NCBI GenBank assembly: GCA_052387675.1
Contig: JBQTIY010000001.1
Span: 93,480 to 157,479 of the forward strand
DNA from: Planctomycetota bacterium
GTDB lineage: Bacteria > Planctomycetota > B15-G4
Length of the DNA stretch: 64,000 bases
Direction of reading: 5' to 3'
The translations under genes and the position numbers were made by a program. Shown here in pieces: positions 8,815 through 18,495 of the stretch. Every line of letters begins with the position of its first letter. Position 1 is the stretch's first letter. The notes below the pieces were generated by a model. That model was not told the origin of the DNA, ran no database searches, and worked only from the letters and a program-made list of their open reading frames with translations.

Positions 8815-10226
8815 GCCCCGGCCGTCTCCCCACCAGACGGCGACGCGCGCGGCGCGCGCGCCGAGGCAAAGCGCAGCGCGCCCCGGCGCACGAAGAGCCG
8901 CTCGGCTCGGTCGCGCAGACCGGGCATCACAAAGGTCACTACGGTGTCCCCCTCCTGCAAAACCGTGGAGCCGCCCGGCACAAGCACCTCACCGTCGCGC
9001 AGCACGGCCCCCACCAGCACGCCGTCCGGCACGGAGAGATCGCGCAAGGCGCGGCCCGCGGCGCGCGCGCCCTGCCGCACGACCATTTCCACGACCTCGG
9101 CAGCGCTGTCGCCGAGTTTCTGCACGGCGACGACGCGTCCGCCGCGCGCAAAGCGGAGCAGCCGCCCCACCATGGTGAGGCGCGGATTGATGACCGCGTC
9201 GATGTCCAGCCGGTCGAGCAGCAAAGTGAGGTCGGGATCGGCCGTGACCACGATGTTACGGCGCACGCCACGTTTCTTGGCCAGCAGCGCCAGGATCAGG
9301 TTGTGTTCCTCGTTGCGCCCCGCGGCAATAAAAATGTCGGCCGAGGCCAGCCGGCCTTGGCCCTGCACGTCGGCGTCGTTGGGCGACCCGTGCAGCACGA
9401 GCGTGTGATCCAGCTTGGCTGCCGCGCGTTCGCACAGATCGGCATCCTCGTCGATCAGCACGACGCTGGCGCGCTCCTGCAAGCGCGCCGCCACGGCCAC
9501 GCCGAAGGCGCCCGCGCCGTGCACCACGACACGTTGCACGCTCTCGCCCCCGGCCACGACACGGCGAAAGGCCGGCAGAGAGCTGCGCGCCATGAGCAGA
9601 TAAGCACGGTCGCCGGCACGCAGTTCGTCCTCGCCGCCAGGGATGAACTGCTGCTCATCACGGCGCACGGCGGCCACGAGAAACTGCTCACCAGCGAACT
9701 CCTCGCGCAAACGGCGCAGAGGCTTGCCCGCCAGGCGGCTGCCCTCTTCCACATCGAAGGAACGCAGCAAGATCTCGCCGCCGGCGAAGTCGCCCACATC
9801 GATGGAGCCGGGTGCGTCCACGAGAGCCACGACCGAGTCCACGGCCACCTGATCGGGATTGATGAAGCGGCTCACGCCGAGCCGCACCGGATCCACGAGC
9901 GGGTGCTCCTCGTCGGAGTAGTCGGGATTGCGCACGCGGGCCACGGTGCGTTCGGCGCCCAGTCCATGCGCCGCCGCGCAGGCCATGACGTTGACTTCAT
10001 CGTGCTCAGTGACCGCGATGAAGAGTTCGGCCGCTCCGGCCCCCGCTGCCTGCAGCGTTTCACGCGAGGTGCCGCTGCCGGCCACCGTGAGGACGTCGAT
10101 GCGATCGCGCAGATGCCCCAGGCGTTCCTCGTTGAGATCGATGAGCGCCAGCTCGTGGCCCTCGGCACTGAGTTCGCGCACGAGGTGGAAGCCCACCGAG
10201 CCCGCTCCGACGACGACGATCCTCAT
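8811..10226 (-). CDS. trkA: Trk system NAD-binding subunit TrkA (two RCK modules)
   Basis: 471 aa. Two Rossmann N-termini (MRIVVVGAGSVGFHL and VVVHGAGAFGVAVA), each followed by an RCK_C-like segment. Confidence 0.85.
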   Translation of the reverse strand: MRIVVVGAGSVGFHLVRELSAEGHELALIDLNEERLGHLRDRIDVLTVAGSGTSRETLQAAGAGAAELFIAVTEHDEVNVMACAAAHGLGAERTVARVRNPDYSDEEHPLVDPVRLGVSRFINPDQVAVDSVVALVDAPGSIDVGDFAGGEILLRSFDVEEGSRLAGKPLRRLREEFAGEQFLVAAVRRDEQQFIPGGEDELRAGDRAYLLMARSSLPAFRRVVAGGESVQRVVVHGAGAFGVAVAARLQERASVVLIDEDADLCERAAAKLDHTLVLHGSPNDADVQGQGRLASADIFIAAGRNEEHNLILALLAKKRGVRRNIVVTADPDLTLLLDRLDIDAVINPRLTMVGRLLRFARGGRVVAVQKLGDSAAEVVEMVVRQGARAAGRALRDLSVPDGVLVGAVLRDGEVLVPGGSTVLQEGDTVVTFVMPGLRDRAERLFVRRGALRFASARAPRASPSGGETAGA

Positions 10227-12766
10227 GAGCCCGGTGCGGGCGAAACCGCCGGTGGCACCGCGGGCACCGCGCCCGCGCGCGCGGTGCGGACGCGCACCAA
10301 CGCGGCCTGCACCTGGGCCAGGAGTTCGCCCTGTTCGGCCGGAACGCGCGACTCGAGGCGTTCGAGCGTGGCCAGAGCCTGGTCGAGTTGCCCCAGGCCC
10401 TCCTCGGCCCCAGCCAGATCCAGCAGCAGCGCGTTATCCGCCGGAAACTCCGCCACCAGCCCGCGCAGCAGCGGCAAAGCCTCAGCATCGCGGCCAGAAC
10501 GCCGCAGTGCGGCCGACGCCGCGCGGAGCGTTGGCACGCGCGCCGCTTCACCTTCCGGCAGAAGCTTCAGCCTGGCGAGGTGATGGTCCGCCGCTTCTCC
10601 ATGCAGCCCCAGCGACTCGCAGGCGCTGGCCAGCAGCGCCAAGCGGGTACTGAGCGGAGGCAGCGCGGCCTCGGCGGCGTGAAGTTCGAGCAGCGCAGTG
10701 CGGGCATCGGCCGCCCGTCCGGCGTGCAAGAGTTCTTCGGCGCGGCGGGCGCGTGCGCGCGGACCGAGGTCGCGTTCTTCGGGGGCCTCGAGCGGCATCT
10801 CGGCCAGCCGCCCGAAGACCCAGGCGGACAGATCGTGCGCCCCGACGCTGGAAAGCGTTTCACCCAGGCCGTCCCAGTCGGCGGGCGCATACTGCGCGCC
10901 GAGCACACCGAGCGCAGCCCGTGAGGCAGTCTGCAGAGTTGTGCTGGCCGGGCCGCGCGCCACGATGCGGCCGATCGCCGCGCCACCCTCCACGCGGCCC
11001 AGCGCCCCGATGGCCTCGAGGACGCGATCAACCACAGAGGCCTCGGTCTCGACCCGCGCACGTTCCTCGAGCAAGCCGAGGGCTTCTGCTGCGGCGCTCT
11101 TGCCGAGCGCCGTCACAGCCTCGGCACGCACACTCGCATCGACATCGTTGAGCAGGGCCGCGAGCAGGGCCACGATCCGCGCGGGCTCCGTCGACTCGGC
11201 GCCGCGCAGGCGCACGAGCCGCTCCCCGAGCGCGAAGGCCACGGCAAAGCGCACTTCCTTGGCTTCGTCGGCGGCGCCGGACGCAGCAATCCGTTCGAGG
11301 TCGGATTCATCGCCTTCAGAGGCGATGATCGCCCGCAGCGCTGCGGCGCGCACACGCGCCGGCTGACCGCCGTCCCTCGACAGGCCGGCGCGCATCCAGG
11401 GCTGCAGCCGGCTCACGAGGCCCGCGGGCCGATTCGCTGCAATGGCCAGCAGCAACTCAGCGGCGCGATCCGCCTCCGCGACGCCAGGATTCGGAACCGT
11501 GCGCGCCAGCCGCTCGAGATACTGCAACAGCGGTCCGACCAGCGCCGGCTGACCACGCAGTAAGACCAAGCTGCTGGCCGCCGCCTCCGCCACGGCTTCG
11601 TCCGTTGCGCGCAGTTCTTCCAGCAGCGCCTGCTGCACTTCCGGCCGATTGCGGCCGAGCACTCCGAGTGTGCGCACGAGCGCTGCCCGCACCGAGTTGT
11701 CCGTCTCGACCGGCAGGCCGGCGGTGGTGCCGTTGCTGGCCGAGCCGTTGCCGTTGGGGGCGGTCACCGGGCCCGGCGACGCCGTGCCGTTCGACTCGCC
11801 GTTGGAAGCCGCCGCCGGATGGCCGAGCCGCCCCAGCAGATGCGGAATCGCCGAGAGGGCCTGTTCCTTGGCCGCCAGCGCCGACAGCCGCAAGGCAGCT
11901 TCCTTGCGAACCGCTGGGTAAGAATCACCCAAGGCCGCAATGAGTCGGCCAATGTTGTCGGTGCCCATGGCGTCGATGCGCGCCTTGATGACCTCCTGCA
12001 AGGTCTGATCGAGCGTCGACTGGAGCTGTTCCAGGTTCTGGGCCAGGCGGCGTCGCTCGGCCTCGATACCCAAATCGAGCAGTGCCTCACGACTCAAATG
12101 CGCATGCTTTTCCCAGAAGAGCTGCCATGCGGCGCGGTGGGCGTCTTCGCCTAGATCGTGGCCCGTCAGCCGCCGCAGAGCGCTGCGGGCTGACGCGGCG
12201 ACCGCGCCTTCGAGCTGTTCGATGAGCGGCTTCACTGCGACGAGCTGGGTGCAGCCGCCAAGCGCCTCGACAATGGCCCGGCCGCGCTCGGGAGCGTTGA
12301 TGAGCTGAAGTTCCGCGATGAGCGCCGCCGTGGCGCTGTTGCTCGCGGCGGCCAAGCGCTCCAGAGCCAGCGCGCCCGGCTGGCGGAGACTCGCGGCAGC
12401 CGACGAGGCCGCCGTGATCAGATCGGGCAGCAGCGGCTCGTAAAGCGCGGGAGTCTGTACGGCCATCGCCAACGATTTGAGCACGCCCGCCGCCGCGGAT
12501 TCGGTGCCCTCATTGAGGACCGCGCGCAGCGAGGCGTGATCGTTTGCATCCAAGAGGGTCTTGACCGCGACGGCCAGACGCACTTCGGGCACGTTTGGCT
12601 CTGCGAGCACCGCGCGTGCTTCGAGCACCGCATCGAGCGCAGACGTCGTGCCCGACGCCGTCTGCCGGCGTGCAGCCAGCGCCGGCTCGGCCGCGCTGAG
12701 GAGCGCCGCCACGGTGAGCAGGCCGGCCAGCCGCGACGGCGACGAACTCAAGATCCTGAAAACCAT
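10223..12766 (-). CDS. exported HEAT/TPR-repeat protein
   Basis: 847 aa. Signal peptide (LLTVAALLSAAEPALA), HEAT-like repeats (YPAVRKEAALRLSAL, DASVRAEAVTALGKS) and a TPR-like C-terminus. 4-nt overlap with the trkA start. Confidence 0.6.
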   Translation of the reverse strand: MVFRILSSSPSRLAGLLTVAALLSAAEPALAARRQTASGTTSALDAVLEARAVLAEPNVPEVRLAVAVKTLLDANDHASLRAVLNEGTESAAAGVLKSLAMAVQTPALYEPLLPDLITAASSAAASLRQPGALALERLAAASNSATAALIAELQLINAPERGRAIVEALGGCTQLVAVKPLIEQLEGAVAASARSALRRLTGHDLGEDAHRAAWQLFWEKHAHLSREALLDLGIEAERRRLAQNLEQLQSTLDQTLQEVIKARIDAMGTDNIGRLIAALGDSYPAVRKEAALRLSALAAKEQALSAIPHLLGRLGHPAAASNGESNGTASPGPVTAPNGNGSASNGTTAGLPVETDNSVRAALVRTLGVLGRNRPEVQQALLEELRATDEAVAEAAASSLVLLRGQPALVGPLLQYLERLARTVPNPGVAEADRAAELLLAIAANRPAGLVSRLQPWMRAGLSRDGGQPARVRAAALRAIIASEGDESDLERIAASGAADEAKEVRFAVAFALGERLVRLRGAESTEPARIVALLAALLNDVDASVRAEAVTALGKSAAAEALGLLEERARVETEASVVDRVLEAIGALGRVEGGAAIGRIVARGPASTTLQTASRAALGVLGAQYAPADWDGLGETLSSVGAHDLSAWVFGRLAEMPLEAPEERDLGPRARARRAEELLHAGRAADARTALLELHAAEAALPPLSTRLALLASACESLGLHGEAADHHLARLKLLPEGEAARVPTLRAASAALRRSGRDAEALPLLRGLVAEFPADNALLLDLAGAEEGLGQLDQALATLERLESRVPAEQGELLAQVQAALVRVRTARAGAVPAVPPAVSPAPGS

Positions 12767-13281
12767 GACATCTCTCGTCGCGACACCTCTTGAACCAGGT
12801 CCAGTATAGGTTCGCGGCCCCCCGCCGAAACCGTGATCTGCGCGGCCGCGCGGTAAAGCGGCTCACGCTCAGCCAGGAGCAGCGCCACCTCTTCGGCAGG
12901 CGGCCGGTCGGTCAGCGGCGGGCGCGGACGGGCCTGGGCCCTCCGCGTGAGCTCCTCCGCCTCGACCTGGAGATAGATGACCAGCCCCGTGGCCGCCAGC
13001 GCCGCGAAGGCTTCGCGCAGCAAGACCGCTCCGCCCCCGGTGGCCAGCACATGCCCATGCAGCCGGGAGGCCGTCGCCAGAGCGCGCAGCTCGATGGTGC
13101 GGAAGGCTGCCTCGCCGTCCCGCGCGAGGAGCTCGTCCGCCGAGCAGCCCGCCAAACGCCCGACCTCATCATCGAGATCCAGAAAAGGCCGGTTGAGCTG
13201 CTGAGCCAGGCTGCGGCCGAGCGTGGTCTTGCCGCTGGCCCGCATGCCGATCAACACGAGGTTGGGTGCGGAGCGAGCCAT
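12748..13281 (-). CDS. aroK: shikimate kinase
   Basis: 177 aa. Walker A GMRASGKTT, then LDLDDEV and GGGAV, in the typical AroK layout. Confidence 0.85.
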   Translation of the reverse strand: MARSAPNLVLIGMRASGKTTLGRSLAQQLNRPFLDLDDEVGRLAGCSADELLARDGEAAFRTIELRALATASRLHGHVLATGGGAVLLREAFAALAATGLVIYLQVEAEELTRRAQARPRPPLTDRPPAEEVALLLAEREPLYRAAAQITVSAGGREPILDLVQEVSRREMSWFSGS

Positions 13282-13354
13282 GCCTCACCGGAGTTGGCGC
13301 CTTCGGTCGCCTTGAGGCGACATCTCGGACCGGCTCGGCCCGCGCGGCGGGCTT

Positions 13355-13432
13355 TGGTAGTCCCAACGGGATTTGAACCCGTGTCTGGTGCGTGAGAGGC
13401 ACCTGTCCTAGACCAGGCTAGACGATGGGACC
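13355..13432 (-). tRNA. tRNA-Glu (anticodon CUC), CCA encoded
   Basis: Reverse complement is GGTCCCATCGTCTAGCCTGGTCTAGGACAGGTGCCTCTCACGCACCAGACACGGGTTCAAATCCCGTTGGGACTACCA. It has a 7-bp acceptor stem (G1-U72 wobble), anticodon stem GGTGC/GCACC with loop CTCTCAC, and a T-arm ACGGG TTCAAAT CCCGT. Confidence 0.9.
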
Positions 13433-13543
13433 ACACGGTCCGGACCGAGAGGGGGCGGATTATGGTAGGCAGGTCGATAGCAAGCCAAGGAAATTCGAGC
13501 CAACACAGCCCCGCGTCCGCGGGTTGGCTGACACAGCATCGGC

Positions 13544-15451
13544 ATGGCAACCCCACAGCGCGTCCTCCTCTGGATCGGTGTCGCCGCGGCACTGGCCGTG
13601 TTCGGCGTCATGGCCGCCTCGTGGCTGCACGAGGACTTGCCTGATGAACCGCTTGACGTCTCGCTTGAGGATGTCGAAGGCCGCGCCACCCCGCCCAAGC
13701 AACTCCCGCAGCCGGGCCCCGCCGTTGAGCGCCCCAAGCCCCCGCCGCGCCTGCCCGAGACAGAAGGCGGCAGTGTCACGGGACGCATCGTCCGCATCGG
13801 GCGGCAGCCGGTGGCCGGAGCGCGGATCGAAGCACTGCGCGGCGCCAACCTAGGGATTTTCCTGCGCGGCGAGGCCGACTCATTGCAACGGCGGACCGTC
13901 ACTGACAGCGAGGGCGGCTTCCGGCTGGAGGATGTGCCGGCCACCGGCGATCTCCTCCTGCGCTTGGACGGCGACGACTTCGCTTCCACGGACTTCGGCC
14001 CGTTCGTGGTGAGCACCGGACGCACGACGAGTGTCGGCGATTTGGTCGTGACCGAGGGCCTGACGATCCTGGGCAGTGTCGTGGATCCCAACCGGCGGCC
14101 GGTGGCCGGTGCCACGCTCGGGCTGCACTTCGGCATGAGCCCGCCCCCCCTCGAGGCCAAGCCCGCCCGTGTGACGCTCAGCGACGAAGCGGGCCGCTTC
14201 CAGTTTCTGCATGCGCCTGCGTCGGGTCTCTCGCTCGACATCCAGGCGCCCGGCTTCGCGCGAATGAGGCGCCAGTTCGTACCGCAACCCGGCCAGGCGC
14301 AGCACGAGTGGCTCGTGCGCGTCGAAGTCGAGCCCGTGCACCCGCTCAGCGGACGGGTCCTGGCTCTGCCGGATCTCAAGCCGGTGGCCGGCGCGCTGAT
14401 CGAGGCGCAGGCACTGGACGCTCACCGCGCCGGCGGAGTCAGTACGACCGACGCTGACGGCCGCTTCGAGATCACCGGCCTGGCTTTCGGCAACTACAAC
14501 ATCACGGCCATCGCCAAGGGCTACTGCCGCAAGAGCGAGCGCACCTGGGCGGAGCGCGGCGAGGACAGTGTGGAACTGCGCTTGGCTCCAGCCGGCTCGG
14601 TCGCGGGCACCGTGCTGGGCAGCGACGGCCGGCCTGTGGCGCACTTCGACTTGCAGGCCCGCTTTCACAGCGACCGGCATGCGCCGCCGTCACCGCGCGG
14701 CAACTTCCGCCGCATCAGCAGTTCGCAGGGCCGCTTCGTGCTCGACGATCTCGAGCCCGGCTTTTGGTGCGTGGCAGTTTGGGCCAAGGGCTATGCAGTG
14801 AGCGAGTCACGCTGCCTGCGCGTCCATCAAGGCGAGCAATTGGAGGGACTCGACGTCACCCTGCAGCTCGGCGCGGCGCTCACCGGCCGCGTCGTCGATG
14901 ACTCGGGCCAGGCCGTGCCCGGCGCCATCGTCTCGCTGCATCCCAACCGGGAACCCGAGGCCGAGTTCTTGCGCCAGCCGGACGGCGGCCCGCTGACGCG
15001 CCACCGCACGGTCACCGACAGCGACGGGCGTTTCCGCCTCGATGAACTCACAGCGCAGCGCGTGCAAGTGCAAGTCGATCATCCCGACTACGCCGTCGTG
15101 CGGCGCGACGACATCGCCATTCCCGCGCAGGCCGAGCTGGAGCTTGAGGGCTTCGTGCTGGAACGTACGGCCAGCGTGGAAGGTGTGGCGCTAGACCGCG
15201 CCGGCGTGCCGCTCACGGGCGTGGTGGTCCGGCTCTACCGCATCGGCGGTATGGCGCTGCAAGTCACCACCGACGGCGGCGGCGCCTTTCGTTTTCCGCG
15301 CGTGCGTGCCGGCGATTACCAGCTCACCTGCGAAGGACGCGGCGGCGGTCTCTTCTCCATGCTTGAGTACCTGCACGCCGGAACGGGCCCCGACACGCTG
15401 CAGCTCCGTCCGGGCGATGCCGTGCAGCGCAACGTGGTGGCGCTGCCCTAG
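13544..15451 (+). CDS. membrane-anchored protein with multiple carboxypeptidase-regulatory-like (CarboxypepD_reg) domains
   Basis: 635 aa with an N-terminal TM helix. At least five repeats of the pattern G(R/T)V.D..G.P(V/I).GA.(V/I)...TD..G.F.(L/I). Confidence 0.7.
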   Translation: MATPQRVLLWIGVAAALAVFGVMAASWLHEDLPDEPLDVSLEDVEGRATPPKQLPQPGPAVERPKPPPRLPETEGGSVTGRIVRIGRQPVAGARIEALRGANLGIFLRGEADSLQRRTVTDSEGGFRLEDVPATGDLLLRLDGDDFASTDFGPFVVSTGRTTSVGDLVVTEGLTILGSVVDPNRRPVAGATLGLHFGMSPPPLEAKPARVTLSDEAGRFQFLHAPASGLSLDIQAPGFARMRRQFVPQPGQAQHEWLVRVEVEPVHPLSGRVLALPDLKPVAGALIEAQALDAHRAGGVSTTDADGRFEITGLAFGNYNITAIAKGYCRKSERTWAERGEDSVELRLAPAGSVAGTVLGSDGRPVAHFDLQARFHSDRHAPPSPRGNFRRISSSQGRFVLDDLEPGFWCVAVWAKGYAVSESRCLRVHQGEQLEGLDVTLQLGAALTGRVVDDSGQAVPGAIVSLHPNREPEAEFLRQPDGGPLTRHRTVTDSDGRFRLDELTAQRVQVQVDHPDYAVVRRDDIAIPAQAELELEGFVLERTASVEGVALDRAGVPLTGVVVRLYRIGGMALQVTTDGGGAFRFPRVRAGDYQLTCEGRGGGLFSMLEYLHAGTGPDTLQLRPGDAVQRNVVALP

Positions 15452-15454
15452 CGC

Positions 15455-16486
15455 CTAAGAGCGCGCCAGCCGTCCATCCGAGCGGAGCTGCTGCACGACG
15501 GCCGCGAGACACGCCTCCAGATCACCCGGCGCCACCTCCAGCTCGTCGCGCATGCGGCGCACATCGAACCAGAGGTACCGGCCAAAGGTCGCGCACAGAT
15601 CGGGCGTGTACCAGAGCCCGTCGGGGACGAGCGGCTCAACGAGGTTCATCGCGGCGCGCAGCGGAGTGGCCAGGCGCGTCGGCAGCGTGCGCACTTTCGG
15701 GCGCCGGCCGGCGACGATGGCGATGCGCGCGAAGAGCTGTCCGATCGTCAGGTTCTCTCCTCCCAGAACATAACGCCGGCCGCAACGGCCGCGCCGCGCC
15801 GCGGCCAGCACGCCCTGTACGACCGTCTCCAGCGGCACGACGTTCACGCCGCCCTCGGGTGCCGTGCGCAGCCGGCCGCTGGCGATCTTCGCCACGAGCT
15901 GGTTGCTGTTGGAGGGCAAGCTGGATGGCCCGTAGATCGCACCCGGATTCACCACGACGGCATCCAGGCCTGCGGCCACAGCCTGCTGCACGCGCACTTC
16001 GGCCTCGTGCTTGGTGTCGAAGTAGCCGGCGTCCAGCACGTCGCCGTTCCACGGCGAGTCTTCGTCCAGCAAGCGGGGCGTCTCACTGAAGCCGATGGCC
16101 GCAATGCTGCTGATGTGAAGCAGGCGCGGCACCTGGAAGCGCAGGCAGGCCGCGGCGACGTGCTGCGTGCCGAGCACGTTGACCTGCGCCATCCGGCCCA
16201 GCAATCGCCGGCGGTAGCCGATGATGGCCGCCGAGTGGATGACGAGTTCGCTGTCGCGCACCAAGGCCGGGAGCGAGTCCGGCACCGTGACATCGCCTTC
16301 CACGAGCGTGACGCCCAGCCGGCGCAGTGTCTCGATCGCCGCCGGCGCACTGCGGGCCCGCACCAGTCCGCTTACGCTCAGCCCCTCTTCGCGCAAGCGA
16401 CGCGCGAGGGCGAGGCCCAGAAATCCGGTGGCCCCCGTGAGCGCGACCCGGCGCGGGGCACTGTGCGAAGATGCGGACATGTTCAT
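15455..16486 (-). CDS. NAD-dependent epimerase/dehydratase family (extended SDR)
   Basis: ORF 15455..16642 trimmed to ATG 16486 (MNMSASS...). VALTGATGFLGLALARRL is the GxxGxxG Rossmann motif. Confidence 0.75.
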   Translation of the reverse strand: MNMSASSHSAPRRVALTGATGFLGLALARRLREEGLSVSGLVRARSAPAAIETLRRLGVTLVEGDVTVPDSLPALVRDSELVIHSAAIIGYRRRLLGRMAQVNVLGTQHVAAACLRFQVPRLLHISSIAAIGFSETPRLLDEDSPWNGDVLDAGYFDTKHEAEVRVQQAVAAGLDAVVVNPGAIYGPSSLPSNSNQLVAKIASGRLRTAPEGGVNVVPLETVVQGVLAAARRGRCGRRYVLGGENLTIGQLFARIAIVAGRRPKVRTLPTRLATPLRAAMNLVEPLVPDGLWYTPDLCATFGRYLWFDVRRMRDELEVAPGDLEACLAAVVQQLRSDGRLARS

Positions 16487-17126
16487 GCAAACGATCCCGG
16501 TCGGCCCCCTCCAGTGCAACTGCACGATTCTGGGCGACACCACCAGCGGCGAGGCCATCGTCATCGATCCGGGCGATGAGGCGCCGGCGCTAGCAGCCCG
16601 CCTGACCCGCGCCGGACTCAAAGTGACGCAGATCCTGCACACTCACGCGCACATCGATCACATTGGCGGCAGCGCCGAATTCCAGCAGTTGGCCGGTGGG
16701 CGCGCCTGGCTGCACAAGGGCGACCAGTGGCTGCACGAGAACTTCGCCCTGCAGTGCCGCATGATCGGGCTGCCGGTGCCGGCAGCCGTGCCGATCGACG
16801 CTTGGCTCGATGAGGGTCAGCGCCTCAGCCTGGGCGAGCACCGCCTCGAAGTGCTGCACACGCCGGGCCACACGCCGGGCAGTTGCTGCTTCCTGCTCGC
16901 GGCGGAGGGCCGGCAACTGCTCTTTGCCGGTGACACGCTCTTTAAAGGCAGCATCGGGCGCACCGACCTCTGGGGCGGCGACACGGAAACGATCCTAGCC
17001 AGTCTGCAGGGCAAGTTGCTCGGACTCGACGACGACACCGAGGTGGTGACCGGCCACGGGCCCGGCACGACCATCGGCCGGGAGCGGCGAGGCAATCCTT
17101 TTCTGCAGCCGGGCGCCCGCTGGTGA
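16479..17126 (+). CDS. MBL-fold metallo-hydrolase (glyoxalase II-like)
   Basis: ORF 16221..17126 trimmed to ATG 16479 (MFMQTIPVGPLQCNCTILGD). Contains the HTHAHIDHIGG (HxHxDH) motif, with HTPGHTPG and TGHG later. Confidence 0.8.
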   Translation: MFMQTIPVGPLQCNCTILGDTTSGEAIVIDPGDEAPALAARLTRAGLKVTQILHTHAHIDHIGGSAEFQQLAGGRAWLHKGDQWLHENFALQCRMIGLPVPAAVPIDAWLDEGQRLSLGEHRLEVLHTPGHTPGSCCFLLAAEGRQLLFAGDTLFKGSIGRTDLWGGDTETILASLQGKLLGLDDDTEVVTGHGPGTTIGRERRGNPFLQPGARW

Positions 17127-17833
17127 GCGCCGGCCCGGCCGAACGCTCCATCGAACTGCCGTTCACGACGCGCACGCGCTGCCTGCTTGTGCCGCCGCAG
17201 CAGCCCGTGCCTGGGCGTGCTCCGCCGCTGCTCATCGCTCTGCACGGCCAGAGCGAGAGCGGTGCGCGGCTACGGCGCGCGCTGAGTCCGGCGCTGCCGC
17301 CCCACTTCGCGTCTGCCTTTCCAGATGGCTTCCACGCGCACGAACTGCGGCGCCCTGGCAAGCCCATCCGCGTCGGACACGCTTGGTATCTCTTCACCGG
17401 CGATCAACAGGCCTTCGCAGCCAGCCTTGCCGAGAGCGAAGCCGCTCTTTGGCCGCTCGTGCAGCGCGTGACCGCCGAACTGGGCGCCGATCCGCGCCGG
17501 GTTTTCTTGCAGGGTTTCTCGCAGGGGGCCTATCTCGCGCACTGCGCTGCACTGCGGCATCCGCCGGAAACGCCGATCGCCGGTTGGGTGGCCCAGTCCG
17601 GACGACTCAAGCATGAGTTTCTGGGGCCCTGGCTCCAGCGCGCAGCCGGAAGGCCGGTGCTCATTCAGCATGGCCGTCAGGACGAGCCGCTGCCGCCGGC
17701 CGCCGCGGAAACCAGCGCTCAACTCCTGCAGGAACACGGCGCCCTCGTGACTCTGCGGCTCTACGACGCCGGGCACGAACTCACGCCCGAGATGGTGAAC
17801 GATCTCCGCGCTTGGCTGGCGGCGCTGACCTAG
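17123..17833 (+). CDS. phospholipase/carboxylesterase-family alpha/beta hydrolase
   Basis: 236 aa with the GFSQGA nucleophile elbow. GTGA overlap with the upstream MBL gene. Confidence 0.7.
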   Translation: MSAGPAERSIELPFTTRTRCLLVPPQQPVPGRAPPLLIALHGQSESGARLRRALSPALPPHFASAFPDGFHAHELRRPGKPIRVGHAWYLFTGDQQAFAASLAESEAALWPLVQRVTAELGADPRRVFLQGFSQGAYLAHCAALRHPPETPIAGWVAQSGRLKHEFLGPWLQRAAGRPVLIQHGRQDEPLPPAAAETSAQLLQEHGALVTLRLYDAGHELTPEMVNDLRAWLAALT

Positions 17834-18486
17834 CCGCCGACGCGCGGAGCGCGCAGGCCGCTAATCAGGTCCACTTCCATCGGCGAGAAGGCCTCGATGA
17901 GGTCCGACGCGTGGAGGTGCAGATCCTCACGCGAGCCAAAGTGCACGGCCGGTTGCAGTGCTGCCTGCAGCGACTGCTGCGACGGCGGCGCGATGCCCAG
18001 CGTGCGCGCGGCGGCCAGCTCGGCCTGCATGCGAGCGACATCCACCTGCTCGGGCAGGGCGGGCGCACCGAAGAAAATCGGCGTGACCGACCAGTCGAGA
18101 GCCACACCGCCACGCCCGTTCGGCAGCGCCGGCACGACGGCGACGACGCGGCCCGACTCATGCCCGAAGTTGATGCGCTCGGCAGTCTGCGCGCCGACGT
18201 AGAGCACCGGTTCCGCCACCTGGCGCGGATGGACGAGCGCGGGATCGACGCCGAGCACGAGCAGGTAGCCCGCACTCACGCGGGTGCCGGCAGTGCTCCA
18301 CTCGTGGAGGTATGGCTGAGCGAGCGTGAACGGCCGCGCGTGAAGCAGCTCGATACCACCGACCGGTGTGATTGCCGGCACTGCGGGCGGCGGGTCATCG
18401 GGAATCGACTGCCACACGGCGCCGGCGCCGCCCACGAGGGCTGCGATGAGCAGGACGGGGACGAGCAAGGTGCGCAAGCTGGTCAT
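17830..18486 (-). CDS. hypothetical exported/anchored protein
   Basis: 218 aa with an N-terminal hydrophobic segment LLVPVLLIAALVGGAGAV. Lies 9 nt downstream of the 778-aa hydrolase gene on the same strand. Confidence 0.5.
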   Translation of the reverse strand: MTSLRTLLVPVLLIAALVGGAGAVWQSIPDDPPPAVPAITPVGGIELLHARPFTLAQPYLHEWSTAGTRVSAGYLLVLGVDPALVHPRQVAEPVLYVGAQTAERINFGHESGRVVAVVPALPNGRGGVALDWSVTPIFFGAPALPEQVDVARMQAELAAARTLGIAPPSQQSLQAALQPAVHFGSREDLHLHASDLIEAFSPMEVDLISGLRAPRVGG

Positions 18487-18495
18487 GGCTGGTCC

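Noticed and set aside
13355-13432. tRNA-Glu as a possible integration hotspot
   Set aside because: There is no integrase, no duplicated tRNA 3' end and no compositional shift next to it. The flanking genes (aroK, CarboxypepD_reg protein) look native.
13408-14379. 323-aa minus-strand ORF overlapping the CarboxypepD_reg gene
   Set aside because: It is antisense to a gene with clear domain repeats. Its composition is Arg/Pro/Ser/Gly-rich, as is typical of shadow ORFs in high-GC DNA, and it has no motif.
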